DNA of 63,682 nt from an uncultured Candidatus Saccharibacteria bacterium (GTDB lineage Bacteria > Patescibacteriota > Saccharimonadia > Saccharimonadales > Saccharimonadaceae), in assembly GCA_964443595.1 (NCBI GenBank), contig CAYUDH010000001.1:1-63682 (forward strand), given 5' to 3'. Below the pieces are notes generated by a model that had not been told where the DNA came from, ran no database searches, and saw only the letters and a list, made by a program, of their open reading frames with translations. Shown piece by piece: positions 9,273 to 18,130 of this stretch (positions are counted from its first letter, which is position 1; every line of letters starts with the position of its first letter). The position numbers and the translations under genes were made by a program.

Positions 9273-10805
9273 CTACTTAGCGACGCAGCGGACGGAGCAA
9301 CCGGCATAGCGGTAGCTGCTGCTGGACGGGGCGACATAGCCATTGGTGCTGAAGTTTAGATTGTAAGCGAAGTCAGCATCTTTAGGCGTAGATGACCAAT
9401 AATATCCACCGGAACCGGTGACGGCGAGGGAGCCTTTGTTAATGACTCCATTATATTGGAGATATAATGGGCTGCTATTAAGTTTTTTATCATCACTGCC
9501 AATACTATAAGTATTAGTTAGGTTTCCAAATGATTTGCTATTAGTGTTATTACTGGTCGGGAGTTGCCAATTAGGTGGACAGACGCCTTGTACTTCATTA
9601 CCAGAGCCACCTTGTGTTGCAGCTGGCCAGTTGTAGTAGTTGCCCTGCGATTCATGCTTGCCATCTTTATGCCTACCTATGGCAAAAGATTTATCGGAAG
9701 CACTATTAATCCAGCTACCAGACGCACATTCGGCATCGTTTTGTGCATTACTGTTTCCGGTGCGATTTAGCGTACATGAAGTTCCGATATCCTCCGTACT
9801 GCCATCTTTATTTTTACCATCATAGGCTAGGTTCTGAGTCATCCAACAATTATGATCAGCAAGTTTAGCTACAAAATAGATTTTATCATCGCGCGCATCT
9901 ATTAATTTGCCTTCTGTGCCAATTTCTACATTTGCACAGAAATCAGCAGACATTTCTTGCATCGTTACAATAGTCTCTTTGTTTTTATTCGTGAGGCCTA
10001 TGACTGCCGTCACACCTGCATCTGCTACCGCCGATACATAAACACTAGACTGGTAATGGTCGCTAGGCATATTAGCGCCAAGTTTTGCTGCAAAAACCAG
10101 CTTGTATTTATCACCGTCAGTGGCTGGGGCGCCAGTTTTAAAAGCTAAGTATTCTGTATTATTGCCATCAGTGCCAGACGGAACGGGATTGTAGAGTAAA
10201 CTATCATTTGCAATGCCAGTGTTATTACTCGCAGCGTAGCCCCACGTGTTATAGTCGAATTCGGCTGGAGCGGTATTTGCACTCACTTTTCCGACGGTAG
10301 AGGCGGGATGCTCCTTACCAACTAAATTACCGCTATTACCGTTTGGCGTGCTGAGAGCTAAATAGTATTTGCTGATACCGGTACCACCTACGGTGATGGT
10401 ATTACTAAAATAAGCTACTTCACCAACCGTTACATTGCTGTTCGTATTGCCGCTATCTGGCGTAATAGTTAAGTTGATAGCGGGGTCGCTAGCTGTCATG
10501 ATGCCGGAATCATTATTGGCATTATCTGCATTGATAGTATCAAAGTCTAATTCTTCGGCGTAGGCTTTACTATTATCTAAAGCTGGGTTGATACATATTA
10601 TTCCACCAATTAGGAGGGCCAAAGTGCACATACTAGGAACGACATAGTTTATTCTAGAACCATCGCTGTAGAAATAAGTACTTTTACTATGAAGCTTATG
10701 TTTGGTAAGATGAGGATTCTTACCGAGTGTAAAAGTTGATGGTGTGCTAGCTTTTTGACGGGATTTTTCCCTATCAAAAAGATAATGTTTAAGCCTGTGA
10801 CGCAT
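9273..10805 (-). CDS. FISUMP (Fib_succ_major) domain surface protein 1, type A (N-tail, TM, beta-rich domain, C-terminal lectin-like domain)
   Basis: DARD..Y.VAKLAD.NCWMTQNL, GNYYNW.AA, GVCP..WQLPT, GYYWSSTP, GCSVRCVA; AACCAAAAGGAG RBS. Confidence 0.88.
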   Translation of the reverse strand: MRHRLKHYLFDREKSRQKASTPSTFTLGKNPHLTKHKLHSKSTYFYSDGSRINYVVPSMCTLALLIGGIICINPALDNSKAYAEELDFDTINADNANNDSGIMTASDPAINLTITPDSGNTNSNVTVGEVAYFSNTITVGGTGISKYYLALSTPNGNSGNLVGKEHPASTVGKVSANTAPAEFDYNTWGYAASNNTGIANDSLLYNPVPSGTDGNNTEYLAFKTGAPATDGDKYKLVFAAKLGANMPSDHYQSSVYVSAVADAGVTAVIGLTNKNKETIVTMQEMSADFCANVEIGTEGKLIDARDDKIYFVAKLADHNCWMTQNLAYDGKNKDGSTEDIGTSCTLNRTGNSNAQNDAECASGSWINSASDKSFAIGRHKDGKHESQGNYYNWPAATQGGSGNEVQGVCPPNWQLPTSNNTNSKSFGNLTNTYSIGSDDKKLNSSPLYLQYNGVINKGSLAVTGSGGYYWSSTPKDADFAYNLNFSTNGYVAPSSSSYRYAGCSVRCVAK

Positions 10806-10861
10806 TTGGCTCCTCCTTTTGGTTGTTGTATATACTTAAGCCCTATGGTGACAGTTTAAAC

Positions 10862-11001
10862 AAAAATGGCACCACGAGGGCGCACTGAAGTTTATAAACC
10901 GCCATCAAAAGACTTAGGTCGCACTTCTCCCTGCATGGTGCCATTTTTTCGCACGACCATCCATAGAAGAAATGTGATGACTAATTTATAAACTCAGTGC
11001 A
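10862..11001 (-). ncRNA. Structured 5' leader L1 (candidate attenuator/pseudoknot)
   Basis: Stem GCACTGAGTTTATAAA / TTTATAAACTTCAGTGC; loop AAAAATGGCACCATG pairs with downstream CCTCGTGGTGCCATTTTT. Confidence 0.65.
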
Positions 11002-11006
11002 CTTCT

Positions 11007-11015
11007 ATTGTAGCA
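11007..11015 (-). promoter_or_regulatory. Extended -10 promoter for L1 and FISUMP gene 1
   Basis: TGCTACAAT about 6 nt upstream of the first stem. Confidence 0.6.
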
Positions 11016-11117
11016 TAGATTTTGAAAATGCAAAAGATGCTAATCCTAATTTCTTGCATATATATTATATATAGTAAATCTGCTCGTAATTATGGCGGGG
11101 TATGATATAATATATTT

Positions 11118-12107
11118 ATGAATCTAAAGATTGCGATTGTGGGTTTGCCGAATGTGGGGAAGTCGACGCTTTTTAATGCGCTGACGAATGCGGGGGCGCT
11201 GGCGGCGAATTATCCTTTTGCAACGATTGAACCGAATGTAGGGATTGTACCAGTGCCGGATGCGCGCCTAGATGTGCTGGCGAAAATGTACGATACGGAA
11301 AAAGTAATCCCGGCGACGGTGGAATTTGTAGATGTGGCGGGGCTAGTGGAAGGCGCCTCGAAAGGTGAAGGCTTGGGCAATAAGTTTTTGGCGCATATCC
11401 GAGAGTGTCAGATTATTTGCCATGTGGTGAGAGTGTTTGAAGATAAGGATGTGATTCGGGCGGAAGGTTCGAAAGACCCGCAGCATGATATTGGTGTGAT
11501 TCAGACGGAACTGGAGCTGGCGGACTTAGAAACGCGAGAAAAAGCCGAGGCGAAGCGTAAGAAAAACGCCGGTAAAGATGACCCGGGCATGGCGATTACC
11601 TATTTGACGGAGAAACCGGTGATCTATATGTTTAACGTGGATGAGAAAGAATTAGTTGATGAAGCTCTGAAACAGAAACTACGAGATAGTGTAGCGCCGA
11701 GCCAGGCGGTGTTTGTGAATGCGAAGCTAGAGGCGGAGATGTCAAGCATGACGAGTGCGGAGCGCAAAGAGTTCCTGAAGGAATATGGCGTGGAGGAAGA
11801 TGCGCTGCAGGAGCTGATTAAGGCAGCGTATAAAACTCTGGGCTTGCAGAGTTTCCTCACTGCGGGCAAGAAAGAAGTGCGAGCCTGGACGATTAAGCAA
11901 GGGGCGACGGCACCAGAAGCGGCGGGGGCGATTCATAGTGATTTCGAGCGGGGGTTCATTGCGGCAGAAGTGATGAAATATGACGATCTGAAAGAATTAG
12001 GCAGCGAGCAAGCAGTGAGAGCCGCTGGCAAACTCCGCACCGAGGGCAAAACTTATGTGATGCAGGATGGTGATGTGGTAGAGTTCCGGTTTAACGTATC
12101 AAAATAA
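11118..12107 (+). CDS. ychF: Ribosome-binding ATPase YchF (short form)
   Basis: GLPNVGKSTLFNALT, ANYPFATIEPN, DVAGLVEGASKGEGLGNKFL, TGS domain ending GDVVEFRFN. Confidence 0.96.
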   Translation: MNLKIAIVGLPNVGKSTLFNALTNAGALAANYPFATIEPNVGIVPVPDARLDVLAKMYDTEKVIPATVEFVDVAGLVEGASKGEGLGNKFLAHIRECQIICHVVRVFEDKDVIRAEGSKDPQHDIGVIQTELELADLETREKAEAKRKKNAGKDDPGMAITYLTEKPVIYMFNVDEKELVDEALKQKLRDSVAPSQAVFVNAKLEAEMSSMTSAERKEFLKEYGVEEDALQELIKAAYKTLGLQSFLTAGKKEVRAWTIKQGATAPEAAGAIHSDFERGFIAAEVMKYDDLKELGSEQAVRAAGKLRTEGKTYVMQDGDVVEFRFNVSK

Positions 12108-12119
12108 GTTTAGAAAATT

Positions 12120-12971
12120 ATGGGTGAGCAAAAGCAACAAAAGTCAAATGCATCAAAAACAAAAACGCCGGCTGCTCAGCGCGCAAAGGATGCAAAAACG
12201 GCCCGCAACTTGAAGTTGCGCCCAGAAAAACCGCGTCAGTCAGCTCGCAACTTGAAGTTGCGCTCGGAAAAGCCACATCAAACGGCCAAAGTGACGATGA
12301 ACGAGGGGGCTTTTGCGAAGGGTCTGTGCTTTAAGAAATTATTTTTCATCTTTATCATTGGGTCGGTAATTGGGGCGATTTATGAAGATGTTTTGATTTA
12401 TCTGATGACTTATTTCGAAACGGGTACGGGTGTCTGGATGCTGCATCGCGGAGTGATCTATGGGCCGTTTAACGTAATCTATGGATTTGGGGCGGCGGTG
12501 ATGTGCTGGATGCTACTGCGCAAGAAATATACAAATTGGGAGATCTTTGGGATGTCGGTGCTGCTAGGCGGCGTAGTGGAATATACGTTGAGCTTTTTGC
12601 AAGAAACTTTTACTGGTACGACATCTTGGGATTATAGTTATCAGTTTTTGAACATCCAGGGTCGGACAACGGTGCCGATTATGTTGATTTGGGGATTCTT
12701 GGGGCTGATACTAGTGAAAGTGATTTATCCAGTCTGCTCGAACTTGATTGAGCGGATACCGCCGCGGATTGGTAACCCAGTGTTCTGGGTGCTTTTGCTA
12801 TTTATGATTCTTGACTGTTTGATTTCTTGGTCGGCGATTATTCGGCAGACTTTTCGGCAAAATAATATGCCGCCGATGACGCCACTGGGAGAGTTTTATG
12901 ATTATTATTATACGGATGAGTATTTGCATCATTATTTCCCGAATATGGTGCGCACGGGAGGCAAGAAATGA
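12120..12971 (+). CDS. CmpB/DUF1113-like putative ABC-transporter permease with repeated N-terminal tail
   Basis: RGVIYGPFNVIYGFGA, WDYS..FLNIQGR; ARNLKLR repeated twice. Confidence 0.78.
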   Translation: MGEQKQQKSNASKTKTPAAQRAKDAKTARNLKLRPEKPRQSARNLKLRSEKPHQTAKVTMNEGAFAKGLCFKKLFFIFIIGSVIGAIYEDVLIYLMTYFETGTGVWMLHRGVIYGPFNVIYGFGAAVMCWMLLRKKYTNWEIFGMSVLLGGVVEYTLSFLQETFTGTTSWDYSYQFLNIQGRTTVPIMLIWGFLGLILVKVIYPVCSNLIERIPPRIGNPVFWVLLLFMILDCLISWSAIIRQTFRQNNMPPMTPLGEFYDYYYTDEYLHHYFPNMVRTGGKK

Positions 12972-14170
12972 TGAGCATTGTAGGATTGGCTTGTTTGGTT
13001 TATGCGCTGATATTGTGGCGCTATGCGAATAAGGCTTTGCAGCAAAATCAATTGCATTTGACTAAGCGTCAACAAAAGCCGCGCTTGGCGGTTTTGATTC
13101 CGGCGCGGTATGAAAGTGCGGTGATTGGTGGGTTGCTGAAAAGTCTAACTGAGCAGACGATAAAAGTGCCGATGCGGGATGTGTATGTGATAGTAGAGAG
13201 TTTGGATGACCCGACGGTGGGGATTTGCAAGGAATATGGTTGCAAGGTGATTTTGCGCGAGCATTTAGAATTGCAGCGGAAGGGCTATGCGCTAGACGAA
13301 GCAGTGAAACAGATTTTGGCGGCGGGGCAACATTATGATTTGTATTTCATCTTTGATGCGGATAACCGAGTGTCGCCAACTTATGTGGAGGAAATGCTGA
13401 AAATTTATGCGGTGGGCTACCAAATGGCAACGGGCTATCGCAATGCGAAAAATAATAATAAGAATGTGATTGCGGCGGTGTCGGCGCTGACTTTTACGAT
13501 GATTAACACCCTGGGTAATAAAAACCGGATTCGGCACGGTGCGAATATTATTTTCTCGGGTACGGGATGCTATATTGATGGAGCGCTGGTAGAAAAGTGG
13601 GGCGGATGGCCGTTTCATAGTTTGACGGAAGATTATGAAATGTCGCTGTATGCGATTTTGGAAAATATCTCGACTTTTTATAACGAAAAAGCGGTGTTTT
13701 ATGATGAGCAACCGACGCGTTATCGGCAGACGGTGGATCAGCGGGTGCGGTGGATTAAGGGATATTTCGCGGCGCGGCACATTTATATTCCGAAAATGCG
13801 CAAACGTGAGGTGGAAAGTAACCAAGGTAGCTTGGTAAAGGAGCTGGTGGGGGTGAAGCCGGTGATTTGGGCGCTGGTTGGGGTGATTTGTTTGCTATTT
13901 AATGATATTGTGGAGCTATTTACGGCGCATAATACGACGATGATAGTGAGCATGCTAGTGGGGCTAGTTATTTTAGTGTATGTAGTCCTGATGATAATTA
14001 CAATTAGAATGATTCAGCGCGAAAAGATGCGGTTCAAACCGGCGATAAAATGGAAAGTAATATTATTTAATCCAATTTATTTGCTGACTTATGTGCCCTG
14101 TGCGCTAAAAGCATTATTTACGAAAAATGTGACTTGGAAACGGATAGATCATGGCCGTGCGAAATCGTGA
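12968..14170 (+). CDS. GT2-family membrane glycosyltransferase (CesA/PgaC-like)
   Basis: VLIPARYE, KGYALD, FDAD, LTED and QRVRW motifs; C-terminal TM helices. Confidence 0.9.
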   Translation: MMSIVGLACLVYALILWRYANKALQQNQLHLTKRQQKPRLAVLIPARYESAVIGGLLKSLTEQTIKVPMRDVYVIVESLDDPTVGICKEYGCKVILREHLELQRKGYALDEAVKQILAAGQHYDLYFIFDADNRVSPTYVEEMLKIYAVGYQMATGYRNAKNNNKNVIAAVSALTFTMINTLGNKNRIRHGANIIFSGTGCYIDGALVEKWGGWPFHSLTEDYEMSLYAILENISTFYNEKAVFYDEQPTRYRQTVDQRVRWIKGYFAARHIYIPKMRKREVESNQGSLVKELVGVKPVIWALVGVICLLFNDIVELFTAHNTTMIVSMLVGLVILVYVVLMIITIRMIQREKMRFKPAIKWKVILFNPIYLLTYVPCALKALFTKNVTWKRIDHGRAKS

Positions 14171-14257
14171 TGTAATGACTGTATGGTGGGAATGTTGAGC
14201 GAGTGACGTAGGTTGGCTGGCTTAGGCGGCGGTGCTGGATGCGTGGTGTAGGTTGGT

Positions 14258-15853
14258 CTAGGCGGTGGTGTGGAGGATTTTTTGAGTGAGTTTTTGGTAT
14301 TTTGGTAGGAGAATTTGCTGGAGATAAGTTGCGGCGGCGAGCTCACCTTTGCGACCGGCTGCGGTGAGGCCGGTGATGATTTGCTGTTCGCGGCGGGGAT
14401 TCATTAGGCCGAAAAGTTGAGCTTGGCTCTGATGGACGAGATTATGAGTGTCGAGAATGGCGCCGGAGAAATGGTTGGTGATGCCGTGCAACTCAGCAAA
14501 GTTTTGGAAGATTGCGACTAGATTATCGTCGTGTAGCCGGATGAAAAAGACGGGCTTATCAGTGGAGGGTAAGTAAGAAGCGACGGTTTTGTAACATTGG
14601 CGGATGGAAGCGGTATATTTGGCGTCGGCAGTTAATAATTCTTGCAAAAAGTGAGTATAGAAAGTATCGTCGTCGAATGAGTTGATGGCGAGAGGGCTGT
14701 AGAGGTAAGACTTTTCAAAGCAAATGTCGTAAAGCTGAGTGCGAGATAATTGCTCGCTGCTAGCTAAATGTTGCAAAAGCCGGGCGGCATCCCAACGCTC
14801 GGTCTGAGAAGCGGCAAGTAACCAGATGAAGGCGCGCAAGACAGAAGGCTTGGTGAGCTCTGGCGCGATGCGAGTAAGCTCGTTATTTTGCAAGATAGAT
14901 GAAGTATGAGCTAGCTGAATAGCGTCTTCGCCAGCTAGAATCACGTCTTCTGTATCATGCGTGCGAGCTAGATCTTGCATCTGGCAAGTCCAGGCGCGAT
15001 AAATCTCGGCGAGAGTATGGCCGTAATCTTCCCAGATTGAGCCGGAAGAACGGCGACTGGTACGGTGAGCGCGGTGCTGGGCGGAAAATTGTAAAGCTTT
15101 GAGCCAAGCAGTGCCGACGAGGGTGCGTAGCCCACGCATGCGGATTGGTCGATAGTGAATAGCCAGACTATCGTGCTGGCTCGGGGCTAAAAAATCGGGT
15201 TCCCTCCCGTCGCCTAGATGGAGGTTTTTGCTAAGATCGAAGCTGGGGCCAAAGTCGTGCTCTAGCTGCTCAAAGAGCTCTCCGCTGGCTTTGGTCTTAT
15301 TATAATCAGCTGAACTGACGCCACCGTCGAAAATTGTAACTTCATGGACATTAAGTATCATGGAAATTTGCTCGGACATGAAGGTGCTATCAGCGATGAA
15401 ATAAATTTTGAGCTTGGGAAAAGTTTTCTTAAGCTTGGCAAGCTGGTCGATTAAAGCGGTGTTGGGTCGGACATTCTCCATTTCAAACTCTAACTCGATA
15501 GCCATGAGAGCGGTAAGGATTTCCATGGTGGTATTTTCGTCGAGCTCGACGTTGTATTTGCTACACAGGCCGTCGACCATGACGTCAAGCCAAATATCAA
15601 TACGGCTAGATAAATGCTGCTGGTCGAGGGCGCGCTTGGCCTCGATGCGACGATCGTAGAGCTCGTAAGTGGTAATATCGGGCGAGATATAGCGATGAAT
15701 AGTAGGCAGCCAGCGCACAGCGATGTCGTAATAGCGTAAATCGGCTGGCCAATAGCCATACAGCATGATAGTATCAAAAACATCGACGGTCAGACTTTTG
15801 ATTTTCTGACTTTTGATAAGTTTGGTAATCTTGCTATATAACTTTGGTGACAT
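14258..15853 (-). CDS. HAD-superfamily-like protein (polysaccharide-associated type)
   Basis: VDVFDT motif I, IADS, K..GELF, HLGD....D. Confidence 0.6.
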   Translation of the reverse strand: MSPKLYSKITKLIKSQKIKSLTVDVFDTIMLYGYWPADLRYYDIAVRWLPTIHRYISPDITTYELYDRRIEAKRALDQQHLSSRIDIWLDVMVDGLCSKYNVELDENTTMEILTALMAIELEFEMENVRPNTALIDQLAKLKKTFPKLKIYFIADSTFMSEQISMILNVHEVTIFDGGVSSADYNKTKASGELFEQLEHDFGPSFDLSKNLHLGDGREPDFLAPSQHDSLAIHYRPIRMRGLRTLVGTAWLKALQFSAQHRAHRTSRRSSGSIWEDYGHTLAEIYRAWTCQMQDLARTHDTEDVILAGEDAIQLAHTSSILQNNELTRIAPELTKPSVLRAFIWLLAASQTERWDAARLLQHLASSEQLSRTQLYDICFEKSYLYSPLAINSFDDDTFYTHFLQELLTADAKYTASIRQCYKTVASYLPSTDKPVFFIRLHDDNLVAIFQNFAELHGITNHFSGAILDTHNLVHQSQAQLFGLMNPRREQQIITGLTAAGRKGELAAATYLQQILLPKYQKLTQKILHTTA

Positions 15854-15978
15854 AAGTTCCTCTGTTATATATTATAGCGCATTCTTGTGGAAAAGTCCAG
15901 AATAATGTATAACTGCATATGCTTTGTTGGAATTGAGCGGGCTTTTTAGGGCTGAGTATATGGCGTGTTACGGAAGGC

Positions 15979-16968
15979 TTATTCATGGAGGACAAACCAA
16001 TCCTGATGCGAAAAGTCGTTCCCTTCGACGGTGCCGGCGGCTAGGAGCGGCTGAAAGTTATGATATTGGGCATGTTGGTGGAGAAAAAACTCGGCGGCAT
16101 AGCGCATTTGCTGGTGTTTGCGGTGATTGATTTGGGCGATGGCGTGGCCATGGCTAGGATTGCGGCGATATTTGACCTCGGTGAAGTAAATTTTATCCTC
16201 GAGGGTGGAAATAATGTCGATTTCATAAGTTTTGGTTTTGAAATTGCGGGCGATGATGGTATGACCAAGATTTTCTAGATGTTTAGCGATGATAGATTCG
16301 GCGGTCTGGCCGCTGGTAGAGCTGGGGGCTAATACTTTTGGCATGTGATCGACGGCGGCCGGGGTGAGGATTTGGCCACTCTGGGCAATCTCGCGGATAG
16401 GGCGAAAACTCCGGCGATGCTCGGGGCAGATACCATGTGTGAGGAGAGCTTGCTTGTGTAGGGCGGTGCCGTAGCCAACGTGTTTTTCGAAGCCGTAGTC
16501 GGGGTAAGTATCGGCGAGCTCGATCATGTAATGGTCGCGGGCGACTTTGGCGATGATGGAGGCGGCGGAAACTTCTTTGACGAGGAGATCGGCTTTTTTG
16601 AGGATGGTAACTTGGTCTTCGAGTGGCGTGTCTTTGAGAAAATTGACGGTGCCGTCGATGATAATTTCGTCGAATTTGACTTTTTGGGCTAAGATTTGTT
16701 TGACGGCGCGGCGGGCGGCAAGCTGTAAAGATTGGCTGAGACCATATTTGTCGATTTCGCCGTTGGTGACCCAGCCGAGGCCGGTGGCGGCAGCTTTTTC
16801 GAGAATGATAGGACTAAGCTGCTCGCGCTTGTGACAGGTGAGCTTTTTGGAATCGGTAAGGTCATTGGTCCATTTGGTGTCAGTACCGAGAATGACTGCG
16901 CCAATGACTAACGGCCCCGCCCAGGGGCCGCGTCCTACTTCATCAATGCCGAGAAGTGTTTTACTCAG
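15979..16968 (-). CDS. rnhB: Ribonuclease HII fused to a C-terminal YraN (UPF0102) domain; probable CTG start
   Basis: Frame open upstream of the tracked ORF: LSKTLLGIDEVGRGPWAGPL, DSKKL, IIDG, VSAASIIAKVARD, HVGYGT, HRRSF; then ARNFKTKTYEIDII..FTEVKYR. Confidence 0.9.
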   Translation of the reverse strand: MSKTLLGIDEVGRGPWAGPLVIGAVILGTDTKWTNDLTDSKKLTCHKREQLSPIILEKAAATGLGWVTNGEIDKYGLSQSLQLAARRAVKQILAQKVKFDEIIIDGTVNFLKDTPLEDQVTILKKADLLVKEVSAASIIAKVARDHYMIELADTYPDYGFEKHVGYGTALHKQALLTHGICPEHRRSFRPIREIAQSGQILTPAAVDHMPKVLAPSSTSGQTAESIIAKHLENLGHTIIARNFKTKTYEIDIISTLEDKIYFTEVKYRRNPSHGHAIAQINHRKHQQMRYAAEFFLHQHAQYHNFQPLLAAGTVEGNDFSHQDWFVLHE

Positions 16969-17416
16969 TTTTGGCTTCCTCTACGACTGGCTCAGCAGTG
17001 GCTTCGGTAGCGGTTTCGGCTGCCGGCTCTTCGGTAGCTGGTAAAGTATTGACAGCCACGCGGTCGAAAGCTTTGTTGTTTAAGCGGGCAGATTTGCCAG
17101 AGCGGTCACGTAGGAAAGAAAGATTCTTGCGGCGAACTTTGGCGCGATGTACGATTTCGATTTTCTCAACGAGTGGGCTGTGGATGAGGAAAGATTTCTC
17201 AACGCCGACACCAGAAGCGACTTTACGCACGGTGATGCGAGCGGTATGAGAATCTTTGCGATCCGTACGGATAACTACGCCCTCAAACATCTGGGAGCGG
17301 AACTTCTCGCCTTCTTTAATCTTTTGGGTGACACGAACGGTATCACCAGAACGAACGTCAACAACGGCTGACTTTTTCTGAGTATCACCAATCTTTTTCA
17401 AATCTATAGAACTCAT
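16961..17416 (-). CDS. rplS: 50S ribosomal protein L19
   Basis: GDTVRV..KIKEGEKFRSQMFEGVVI, TVRKVASGVGVEK, AKVRRK. Confidence 0.97.
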   Translation of the reverse strand: MSSIDLKKIGDTQKKSAVVDVRSGDTVRVTQKIKEGEKFRSQMFEGVVIRTDRKDSHTARITVRKVASGVGVEKSFLIHSPLVEKIEIVHRAKVRRKNLSFLRDRSGKSARLNNKAFDRVAVNTLPATEEPAAETATEATAEPVVEEAKTE

Positions 17417-17547
17417 AATTTAACCTTTATATTACAACTTAGTTTATTTTATCATACTTTTTTGTTTTTGAGAAGGGGTATTTGCCCTGAAATGACTCTA
17501 TCTTTCTATTATAGCACAGATGCTCGAAAAAGTCAATACCCTGAGGG

Positions 17548-18126
17548 CTATTTTTGCTTGAGAGCCTCACGGACGCGTTCTTCGACTGGTAGAGATGGGT
17601 CGACGTCAGCCAGGGCGGCAGTGGCTTCTTTGAGCGGGAAGCCGAGGGCGATGAGTGCGTCTAGGGCTTCGTCTTCGGGGCCTTTGGTATTGGCAATGAA
17701 GACCTCTCCGCGGCCATAATGTGATGGCAAGCCGACTTTGTCGCGTAGGTCAACGATGACGCGCTCGGCGGATTTTTTGCCGACGCCACTGGCTTTGGAG
17801 ATAAAGGCGGCGTCATCATTGGCGATGGCGTTGCGGACTTCCTCGGGAGTGCTGAGGCTGAGAATGGCCATAGCAGCTTTGGGGCCGATGCCATTGACGG
17901 AAATAAGCATTTCGAAAAGTTTTTTGGCGGCGAGGCTGAGAAAGCCATATAAATCTTCGGCGTTTTCGCGGATGGAATGGTAAGTATAGAATTTAACTTC
18001 GTCATTGACACTGACGGTTTCGGCATCGGGAGCGCTAATGGTGAGCTCGTAGCCAACGCCGTGGACATCGACGATGACGGAATTTAGGAATTTCTCGGTA
18101 ACAATGCCGGAGATGTGGGCGATCAT
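17548..18126 (-). CDS. ruvA: Holliday junction branch migration protein RuvA
   Basis: VDVHGVGY, LYGF, SVNGIGPKAA, GVGKKSAERVIVDL, ALIALGF. Confidence 0.96.
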   Translation of the reverse strand: MIAHISGIVTEKFLNSVIVDVHGVGYELTISAPDAETVSVNDEVKFYTYHSIRENAEDLYGFLSLAAKKLFEMLISVNGIGPKAAMAILSLSTPEEVRNAIANDDAAFISKASGVGKKSAERVIVDLRDKVGLPSHYGRGEVFIANTKGPEDEALDALIALGFPLKEATAALADVDPSLPVEERVREALKQK

Positions 18127-18130
18127 GGGG

